From: Basidiobolus meristosporus CBS 931.73
Taxonomy: Eukaryota; Fungi; Basidiobolomycota
Length of the DNA: 64,000 nucleotides
Direction: 5' to 3'
Assembly: GCA_002104905.1 (NCBI GenBank)
Contig: MCFE01000376.1
Coordinates: 20,517 to 84,516 of the forward strand
Below, one piece after another: positions 53,550 to 62,466 of this stretch (the first letter of the stretch is position 1; each line of letters begins with the position of its first letter). Both the position numbers and the translations under genes were made by a program. The notes under the pieces were generated by a model that saw only the letters and a list, made by a program, of their open reading frames with translations, searched no databases and was not told the origin of the DNA.

Positions 53550-54041
53550 GGGTTAGGGGGGAGGAAAGTCACCAAGTGGTTAAATCTTTATATACCTATG
53601 ACAAGTATCTAAAGAAGCCAAGTTAATCTGAAGTAACTCCTAGAAAGCTAGGTCTGAGAGATATCTTCCTGGTAAGCCAGGTCTGAGAGTTGAGAAGCTG
53701 AGAGGTACTATATTTCCTAGTTAGCTAGGTCTGAGAGAGGTTTCCTGGAAAGCCAGGCCTGAGAAGTGAGAATCTGAATATATCTGAGCTAAGTTATACT
53801 GGTTTGCGGTAGCTGGGTTGTGGCCGGAAAGGCCAGTAGACTGGGGGAACTGAGATGAATTTCTGGGCGATCACTAGCCATATTTACTAGGCAAATCTGG
53901 CCATTAGCATTTCAAGGATTTCAGCCAATCAGAGCCTTTACTTTGCCCAATGGTTGATCAAGCCATCTCCCAATGAGCACACATCAATTTATTAATCAAA
54001 TTTTTGCTGGATCCAGGATTTGAACCCACAACCATGGGTAT
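53550..54041 (-). mobile_element. Putative tRNA-derived SINE (partial head, repeat-containing body, LINE-type 3' tail)
   Basis: Minus strand: GGTTGTGGGTTCAAATCCTGG (B box at 54016-54026), internal TTCCTRG.AGCYAGGTCTGAGAG repeats at about 53637-53770, 3' tail 36/42 identical to the tail of the adjacent LINE. Confidence 0.6.
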
Positions 54042-55160
54042 GGGTTAGGGTTAGGGGGGGTGACAGTCACCAACAGGTGAAATCTTTATTTCAGTTGAAA
54101 CAAAGAAGCCAGCGCTACTGTTGTAGCTTTGATACAAGAGTGTGTAGCTGAGGGGAATTTGTAGGTAAGTTAATAAGAAGTGATGATAGCTCTTCAGTGC
54201 TCAAGACACTGTTCAGTGGGAAGGGGGGTAGCAAGAGAGGTAAGAATGACTTGTGAACAACATTAATGAGGGGAATGTGATAAGGATTGATATTCATCAT
54301 AAATGGAGTGTGCTGCTGCAGATATTGCTGCCAAAGGTCTGTCAAGTACTTCAGGTAGGCCAGCTTGGGTTTTTCTGACTGCAGAATAAAGTGAGCAAAC
54401 TTCTTGACTTCAGGATCTCCAAGTATAGTTCTCCAGCAGGAGCCAGGTGTTGTGTGGTGTGTTCTCTTCCAGGCCTTAATCAGTGGGTTGTTGCAGTTGT
54501 GAAGTCTGAGGTATAATCTGGTTCTAAGGTAGAGAAGTCTGATCTTGTAGGGCATGAACCCAAAAGCACCAAGAATAGCATGTCTGTAGGGGCATTCAGG
54601 CAAATGAGGCACCAAGGAGGTAATGCACCATACTGCAAACTTGTCAAGCTTAGTGCAGTCTCTAGAAGTAAGAGAGAGAAGTGGTAAGCCAAATTCCAGG
54701 ACAGGGAAGACAAACTGCTTGAGTAGAAGGAGGCAGCTGGGAGCTGAAGTTGTAGGAGGAGTAACAGCCAACAGCTTGTGGAGTGCCTGTCTTGCAAGGA
54801 TAATTCTCTTCTTCAGGTGTGCCCCAGAGTCTAGTCCAGTAGGAAGGAAAGGAAAGCCAAGATATGTAGCAGAAACCTGAGCAGGTAGAGTGGAGTTCTC
54901 CAAGTTGATGGGAGAGCCCAAAGGTACTGTCTTTGCAATGGAAAGCTGGAGATTATTCTTCTGCAGATACTGGTGGATGGTCTGGGAGTCTTGTTGCACA
55001 TTGGAGGAGGATATTCTGATGTCATCAGCAAAGAGAGTAACCAGGCAGTCAGCTGAGAGTCTTGGGAAATCATTCAGGAAGATGGCAAACAGTTTAGGAC
55101 CAAGCACAGAGCCTTGAACCACTCCATTAGGAACTGAGAACACAGCTGATTGCTCACTTG
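54042..55160 (-). mobile_element. 5'-truncated non-LTR retrotransposon (LINE): RT C-terminal half, short 3' UTR, C7-(TAACCC)2 tail
   Basis: Uninterrupted ORF 54115-55143 with GVVQGSVLGPKLFAIFLND, LFADD and YLG; ORF starts mid-RT; tail at 54042-54089. Confidence 0.88.
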
Positions 55161-55426
55161 GGTGCAGGTGTTATAGTAAAGGCCAGGAAAAGGTTAGAAG
55201 AGCAGGGGGTCTGGGGGACGCAGTCCCCTAGAGAATAAAAAAGCAGGGGTTTGGGGGATGCAATCCCCCATACTGCTCCCATACTCTTTAAAGGGTGTAG
55301 GTGTTATAGTAAGGGCTAGGAAAAGGTTACAAGAGCAGGGGGTCTGGGGGACGCAGTCCCCTAGAGAATAAAAAAGCAGGGGGTTTGGGGGATGCAATCC
55401 CCCATACTGCTCCCATACTCTTTAAA
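55160..55426. repeat. Two tandem copies of a 133/134-bp unit, each with two GC-rich GCA-triloop hairpins
   Basis: Units start at 55160 and 55293; GGGGAC-GCA-GTCCCC and GGGGGAT-GCA-ATCCCCC in each. Confidence 0.9.
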
Positions 55427-55929
55427 TTCCTTTTGGATTACTTTTCTCTCATTCTTGGTTCTGGTCCCTTAGGGTTAGAATTCCTCCTCCTAACCCTTAT
55501 CACCCTAACCATAAATATTTTTACCCTACAATTGGCACATTGTCTGCTCATATAGTGGGCATGTCTGGGCCAGTATTTGTCTCCCTATACTGTCCATATG
55601 CTCTGTATAAGTCTTGATGACTATTTAATTAATAAATTGTTATTTTTAATGTATATCTAATAATTAATGGGATTCATCCCAATCTTACCACAATCCCATA
55701 TTTTGATAAGCTTTGGGCACCATAGATTGTGCGACCCTAATATGATAAAAAATTCATGGCCAATACAAATTTTCTGTAACCCAATTGCTTTTACCAAATA
55801 TAAAGTGTATCCCAAAGTTCAATATATATTATGGCTATAATAGAAACTTTATTTGACACCATTGCAACTACTACTTATGTTCTATGCGCACATGTATCCC
55901 GCGGGAATTGTAAAACTTAGCCACGTGGT

Positions 55930-56478
55930 ACAAAAGTGCTTTTCATTTTCATCATGATAGTTTTACATGAGTTCCTAATGCACTTTGAAAGTACGCAGTA
56001 GCCATACCCCAACAGGTTTTAAGGATGTCCACTAGCTACGTCTACTTGTGTCTAGTGGGAGCCATCAATCATCAGCCGCGCAATACTGAAATGCTTTTAT
56101 TTTTCATCATGCTAGTTTTGTATGAATCCCTAACGCACTTTCATGGTGCGCGGTAACCATACCCCAACCGGTTTTAAGGATACCCACTTGCTACATTTAC
56201 TTGTGTCTAACGGGAGTCATCAATCATCAGCCGCGCGGTAATAAAGTGCTTTTATTTTTCATCATGATAGTTTTACATGAGTCCTTAACGCACTTTCATA
56301 GTGCGCGGTAACCATACCCCAACAGGTTTTAAGGATACCCACTTGCTACATTTACTTGTGTCTAGCGGGAGTTATCAATCATCAGCCGCGCAGTAATAAA
56401 GTGCTTTTATTTTTCATCATGATAGTTTTACATGAGTCCCTAACGCACTTTTATAGTGCGTGGTAACCATACCCCCAG
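55930..56478. repeat. 155-bp tandem array, about 3.5 copies
   Basis: TGCTTTT anchors at 55937, 56092, 56247 and 56402. Confidence 0.92.
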
Positions 56479-56934
56479 AAAGTAGTGTGGATGCTTACTT
56501 TAAATGCTCACTTGTGTATTGTACGGACTATCAACAAACAGCCGTGTGGGAATGGAACATCATAGAAAAGCATTGCTTTGTTGTTAGCAAGTATTGATGC
56601 GCAAATAGTGGTACTATGTGAATTATTGAGTAGCTATTTACTCTAGTTGGTTCCAAGATATTCCTAGACAATATGCTCAAAATCAATATTAGCATCAATA
56701 GCTTGCTCTTTGATCACTAAACCACCGCACCCAATATGCGGTGGCCTTGGTTTTGTCTAGCCGTTGAGGAATGAAACCAGAGTACAGTCACAAGAGAGGC
56801 AAAAGTGAAATGTGATGAAGTAAGTGTATATGAAAGTAATATAAATCTACAGGACAGAAGAGAACAACTAGTAGTTAAACAGCACTCACTGACACTCCAC
56901 CAAGTAGAGCACCAACACGGACAATAAACAAGTC

Positions 56935-57396
56935 ATGAGGGGAAAGCTTAAGGACCGCTACTCGGGGATCAAGACCAAAAGAGGAAGCTGCCTCTACCAT
57001 AGCAGTCCTTGCGCTCCAAAGGAAGACCAAGAGCCTATTATAGACAAAGATTGCGGCGAGAAGAGCAGTACAATTACCAGTTCTGGTAGTGGTACCTTTG
57101 GAAGTCCCAAATACCTGGAGAAAACTCAGAAAAAATTGGCAGATGACTCAGTTGTCCTGAGGAGAAAACAAACCAATGCAATTGAGCAGTTCCGAAACAA
57201 ACTTCAGCTTAGTTCTTCTTTGCCTCACTATAAAGTACTCCAAGTGGCTTATTTGGATTATAAGTGTATGAAGGAGAATCAGGCAGAGACTGATAAATTA
57301 AGTGATAGTCAATTGCATCACTTCTTAGATCAGGTAGAGAAACAGTTGCACAGCCAAGAGACGGAACAAGAATTGACAATTACAGAAACCAAATAA
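56935..57396 (+). CDS. Hypothetical intronless protein, 153 aa
   Basis: ATG-initiated ORF with charged/helical composition and an AATAAA-rich 3' flank; no family recognised. Confidence 0.4.
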   Translation: MRGKLKDRYSGIKTKRGSCLYHSSPCAPKEDQEPIIDKDCGEKSSTITSSGSGTFGSPKYLEKTQKKLADDSVVLRRKQTNAIEQFRNKLQLSSSLPHYKVLQVAYLDYKCMKENQAETDKLSDSQLHHFLDQVEKQLHSQETEQELTITETK

Positions 57397-57628
57397 TTTT
57401 GCCAATGTAGTTTTGCATTTTAATAAAATAAAAGGGTGTTAATAAGAACAGAATAAAGTTAACTTATGTGTACATCAAATGATTCAAATACTGGCTAGAT
57501 GGATGTTACGTAGGAGCAAGAAGCTCAGTAACCTCAAAGGAAAGATATGATGAATGGGCCACTGACATTATCCAAATGAGTATAAAAGTGGAGAAAGGAG
57601 ACATAATCCTTCATAAAAAACAAGAAGC

Positions 57629-58414
57629 ATGGAAGCAGGCAGTAGCCGGGTAGATGCCAGGAGTGAAGGTAGAGTACAAAGAGAGCAAGGAAGGGGACAA
57701 GGACGCAGAAGAGGACGCGGAACTGGGCGCGGAAGAGGAAGAGGGCAAGGAAGTGGCCAAATCCAAGAGGAGCATGAAGGAGGTGTTGCAGCAAACGTGG
57801 ATGATGCTGAGCAAGTTGCTGTAGTCACTACCAGGCGGCCAGTCAACCAAGTTTCCCAAGCATTGTCAGAGGTTTGACAAGAGCTTCCGGAATATAGGAC
57901 AACATTGCACCATGAGATATTGCAACGTATGTGCCAGGAGATTAAACAGAGGAGGGGTGATATTGTAAAGCTAAATTGGGATATTGCTGGACTTCAAGCC
58001 CAGATTGATTTCAGTTTCCACCATTCTACTGAGGCATTAGTGGCACAAATGGTGGAAAAGTTTGCCCGCATCAGGGCAAGCAATGAGCAGGGTGCATCTT
58101 CCAACCCAGGTGTACTTGCGAGCGACAGTATTGGAGGGGATACTACTTCCTCCCTTGAACCTACCACAAACCAAGAGACAAGAGCAGAATCCTCCACAAC
58201 AATGAGAATGGCCCCCACGCAGGTTGATATGGAAGTGTGCAAAGAAGACGTGGAGAAGCAGAGTGGGGATACTATAGGCCAACCAGAAACTGTAATGGAG
58301 GCGGAGAGACCAAGTCATATTGTCATCTTAAAAATACCACAGGTTGATTCATTGCTATCACTTCCCCCATCATCACTATCTGTGCCCCCATCACCACCGC
58401 CATCCTCTGGCTAA
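57629..58414 (+). pseudogene. Disrupted gene: RG-rich basic tract, coiled coil, S/T/E-rich tail
   Basis: ORFs 57629-57877 and 57905-58414 are in the same frame, separated by one TGA. Confidence 0.5.
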
Positions 58415-58606
58415 CTTGAGTAAATAAAGAATTTCCACCATCCCAAATCAATGAATTGACAAGTAATAAGTTGAACTGATAAGATTGACGATTTACAGAC
58501 TAATATATGTAAAGTATGTAGTACTTAAGAGCTTTCAAGTTGTGGTGTATTATCAAGTATTCACCGTCACATAAATCATCGCAGCAGTTGTTGTATCCCT
58601 ATCCCA

Positions 58607-59534
58607 ATGGCATTAGAAGCCAGCAGTTACAAGGAGCATTGGAAAAATTTTGGCGTTTACCTGGCGACGGTGGCAGGTGTAACAAAACGCAGCTATTGCT
58701 CAATGACCATTACCCCGTCTATGAGATACTTGCTATTATATGGAGGGTATTCTGTTGAGCACTTTCAAGACAGCAAAATATCCCCGCCTTATGATGAGCG
58801 TATAGCTGAAGAAACATCCGGCCGCATGGAATACTCTATGAGCCCAGCTCAAAGGTTCAAATGATTCACCTTGCAGATCTACACGGTGATGAAGACATCA
58901 CAGTGACAGTTCTCCCGACTCCAGACAACATATCAACTACAGAGGCAGCCAAAGGGGTGATTTTAATTGGCAACAGCTGTGCTAGTGACCACGAGAATCT
59001 CTACATATATGGTGGTTTTGAGCTGAGCCGTAGAGAATACTCAGGGCAACATGAAAGTGCCAAAAAACGGGGAAAAAAGCAATACAAAGCAAGAGTGGGG
59101 AGACAATCAATAGAAGACTGAGCAAGCTGGAGGTAATCACGTACAAAGATGGCAATGGATGCTCCAGAGTATTGGAGACAAGGCCATTCTTGAATAATCC
59201 GGCAAATATGCCTTCAGCAAGAGGTTGGGCAGTTCTTACGTACGCATTTGATTGCTTATTCTTGCTGGGCGGCTATCCTACACCATTGGAACCACCTTAT
59301 ACCCAACCAAATGGGAGTTTTTTAAACAAGTTCTACTGTTTAAAATTGCAAACTGGTGATTGGGAAAGACAATATGTACACTCAGCAATACAGGAGCTTG
59401 GAGAAAACTTTATTGCTGTGGTAAACGAGTATGGCAACCAAATCCAATACATCAACAATGCAAATGTTACATTCACCTATGATGTCAATAATCAGATCTG
59501 GATTACCCTCCCAATCCAAGTCAGGAAGAAATGA
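58607..59534 (+). pseudogene. Kelch-repeat (beta-propeller) gene broken by frameshifts
   Basis: Kelch-like units RSYCSMT...LLLYGGY, LYIYGGF, PSARGWAVLTYAFDCLFLLGGYP and FTYDVNNQIW spread over three ORFs in different frames. Confidence 0.65.
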
Positions 59535-61435
59535 GTACAAAGCAGCTACTAGGGCGCATTCTTAATGAATTGGCAGCAATCTCTCAGCGGCACAAGAGGG
59601 AAGGCAAAGGAAGTGCTGAGACTGAAAATATCTTGCGGCATAGTGCCCATGGTCTTACTGTCCCACTTAAGAACCATCAAGCATTTGGCGTACAATGGCT
59701 GATGTATACAGAGGCCATCCATAAAGGAGCATTGCTTGCCAATTCCATGGGACTTGGAAAGACATTGCAGATATTAAGTCTCATATTGGAGACACCTGAG
59801 CAAAGGCCAAATCTTATTGTTGTCACGCTTGGAATACTTCTCAATTGGGTGATGGAGATAAAGACAAAAACAAGGATATCCAATGAAGAGCTTCATGTAT
59901 TTCATGGAAAATTCCGAGCTATCAAGAAGTCAGATATGGAGACTAAGAGGATCGTGCTCACCACCTACCACACACTATGTGTTGAAGCAAGGAACCCTGA
60001 TTTGCCTATATGGAATGTGAAATTTGGCCGAATAGTGGCCAATGAGGCAGATACACTTAAGAACTACGAAGGCGGTAGCTTAAACGCAGTGAGTAAAATT
60101 GATGGAGAATCCTTGATACTTGTCACTGCCACCCCATTCCAAAATGAGATTATGGATCTTTATTCATATTTCACATTATTCAATCTATGGGAAGGCATTC
60201 CAAAGGATTTCCATCAACTCCTACTTGAGGAGGCCAATGCAAACAGGCTAGTTGAATGGGTTGTAGAAAGACTTGGCCCATTAATATTGAGACGCGTTCC
60301 AGAGTCGCAAATATTTGGAGAACGCGCAGTATCCATGCCTAGTATTCAAGAGCAGATTGTCTTGTGCCAATTCTTGCCGGAGGAGCTGCAGGAGTACAAA
60401 CAACTGCAGTCAAGTCTTCCAGAGGAAGTCGGTTGGATGGGTGCAAATACCTATCTGCGTCTGTACTCATGCCATCCATATATGTATACCTGGAGCAGGA
60501 AGAGGAATCGACTGAAAAAAGCGGCTGATGCTAGCATTGTCCAAGATGTCGAGATGAGTGAGGATGATTTTCTACCTGAGATTGATGAGGATCTTGAGGT
60601 GGTTGCGGTTGAGGTTGAGGAGCAGCTTCAAGAGATTAATAGCAAAGAGGTTGACAGCTCATCCAACGTTCCATCTACTTCTGCACCAACTGCCATACGC
60701 ACCAAAGACGCCCCTACAATTGCCCAAAGAGGGCTTGCGTTAGAGGACTCCAACAGGGTATTCATCCAAGATTTCCTCACTGGTGTAACCAACAACACTG
60801 TGAACGAGCATAGTGGCAAAACTTGGAAAATCATGGAAATCCTGCTTGAAATCCAAGAAAATAAGGAGCACGCACGTGTTATTATTTTTTCTGGGTTTAA
60901 TCTGATGCTTGACATAGTGGCTTACCATTTGAGGGAGCAGAGCATTGAACATCTGAAGATTACCGGTTCCACCCCAGTTTGGATACAAAAGAGCAGTATA
61001 GATACATTTGCATTGCCAGTTCCGGAGGGCGAGATTTGTGTGTTACTGATCAACATCAAATGTGGCGCATTTGGATTAAATTTGCAGATGGCATCGGCGG
61101 TGATCATTGCCGACAATTGGTGGAATCCCTATGTAGAAATCCAAGCAAAGGCCAGAGTTTGGAGGGTGAATCAACCAAATAATGTTTCTAGTTACCAGTT
61201 AGTCATGCAAGATTCCATTGAAGCTCAGGGTGTAATTGACAGTCAAACTCGTAAGATTGGCTTATTTGGCCAGATTACGCATACGTTGGTAGATGAAGCA
61301 TCCAAAGTACCAATTTCATTACAACTTCAAGAGCAAGATGATCGGTACTTGAGCCAATTACATGAAGCGCAAGGCAGTGGATCTCTGATGCACAAAGATG
61401 AAGAGGAGGTTGATGAGACGACAGATGAGGAGTAA
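59531..61435 (+). CDS. Intronless SNF2-family ATPase (Rad5/Rad16/TTF2-like, no RING) with degenerate motifs
   Basis: LKNHQAFGVQWL, LANSMGLGKT, VLTTYHTL, ANEADTLKN, TATPFQN, IIFSGFNLMLDI, GLNLQMASAVIIADNWWNPYVEIQAKARVWRVNQ. Confidence 0.88.
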   Translation: MSTKQLLGRILNELAAISQRHKREGKGSAETENILRHSAHGLTVPLKNHQAFGVQWLMYTEAIHKGALLANSMGLGKTLQILSLILETPEQRPNLIVVTLGILLNWVMEIKTKTRISNEELHVFHGKFRAIKKSDMETKRIVLTTYHTLCVEARNPDLPIWNVKFGRIVANEADTLKNYEGGSLNAVSKIDGESLILVTATPFQNEIMDLYSYFTLFNLWEGIPKDFHQLLLEEANANRLVEWVVERLGPLILRRVPESQIFGERAVSMPSIQEQIVLCQFLPEELQEYKQLQSSLPEEVGWMGANTYLRLYSCHPYMYTWSRKRNRLKKAADASIVQDVEMSEDDFLPEIDEDLEVVAVEVEEQLQEINSKEVDSSSNVPSTSAPTAIRTKDAPTIAQRGLALEDSNRVFIQDFLTGVTNNTVNEHSGKTWKIMEILLEIQENKEHARVIIFSGFNLMLDIVAYHLREQSIEHLKITGSTPVWIQKSSIDTFALPVPEGEICVLLINIKCGAFGLNLQMASAVIIADNWWNPYVEIQAKARVWRVNQPNNVSSYQLVMQDSIEAQGVIDSQTRKIGLFGQITHTLVDEASKVPISLQLQEQDDRYLSQLHEAQGSGSLMHKDEEEVDETTDEE

Positions 61436-61629
61436 ATAGGGGTTGCAATGTACCAGGAATCAAGTATGCCAGACTCAAGGTAGTAGTAGCTACTATTGGT
61501 AAATAAACAATGAGCCTAATCTTTTTGCACAAGAAGGGTGGGAGAGGGAGAGGGAGAGAGAAAAGTCAGAGTGGTACAGTCTAAATAAAAAAGGGTGCAA
61601 GAGTTTTATGGTGATGAAGATAAACATGC

Positions 61630-61940
61630 ATTTGGTGCCGCGTGGTGGTGTTGGGGATTCATCAGGCACAAATGAAAGTGCAATACTAGAATATAGTGAT
61701 GAGAATAACCATAGGTTTGGTGCCGCGCGGTGCCAATTTGGTATTGAGATTCATCAGGCACAAATGAGAGTGCAATACTAGAATATGGTGATGAGAATAA
61801 CCATAGGTTTGGTGCCGCGCGGTGCCAATTTGGTATTGAGATTCATCAGGCACAAATGAGAGTGCGATACTAGAATATGGTGATGAGAATAACCATAGGT
61901 TTGGTGCCGCGCGGTGCCAATTTGGTTTTAAGATTCATCA
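61630..61940. repeat. 92-bp tandem array, about 3.3 copies
   Basis: ATAGGTTTGG anchors at 61711, 61803 and 61895; each unit carries TGGTGCCGCGCGGTGCCA. Confidence 0.92.
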
Positions 61941-62466
61941 ATATGCGGTAATGAATGATTTGATATGTGCCTTTGTTGGATGGATGACATGCGTTAGTTG
62001 GTACTAAAATAGTCTACTCCAACAAAAACCGCAGGGTATGCCCCCGTGTCTGTTTCATGGGGTTCAGTAAATCACCCAGGGCTATATAAAAATGAAGACC
62101 TCTTCTGTAAGGTATTCAGACACAGACGCAAGAGTTAGTGAAGTACTTGAATCTTACTCACAATTGTAAGCAATGGACTTTCAGTTAGGCAAGAAGTCTT
62201 ACCTAAGGTAAGTTGAGCTTTGAAGATTCTAGAAAGGACTTGAGCGTCTTGGTTGCTGCTAATAGCATTCAAGTAAGAACTGATTTGGTGGCAATTGTGC
62301 GCTAGGGTTGGAAGCAATAGCACATCTGGGCAACATATATTCATTGAGAATAACTACTGTCAGGCTGCTAGAACTTCCTCCGGATCCCAAAGCGCTTTAC
62401 ACTTAGAGCAGGGCAAGAGCAGTCACCAGCATGGACAATGCGTAAATCCCAGAAAGAGAACGCGAC

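Noticed and set aside
54001-54041. Functional tRNA gene
   Set aside because: Only the T-arm/B-box half is present, with no A box or full cloverleaf; treated as a SINE head.
54115-55143. Penelope-like or group II intron reverse transcriptase
   Set aside because: The motifs GVVQGSVLGP..F.IFLND and LFADD are LINE-type, not the Penelope GxPMGSPLS or group II GTPQG/YADD signatures.
55930-56478. CRISPR-like array
   Set aside because: Units are similar along their whole length with no unique spacers, and the context is eukaryotic with no cas genes.
55930-61940. Hammerhead ribozymes or C/D-box snoRNAs in the tandem arrays (CTGATGA and RTGATGA present on one strand)
   Set aside because: No correctly placed stem II followed by GAAA and no convincing C/D terminal pairing could be built by hand; an Infernal scan would settle it.
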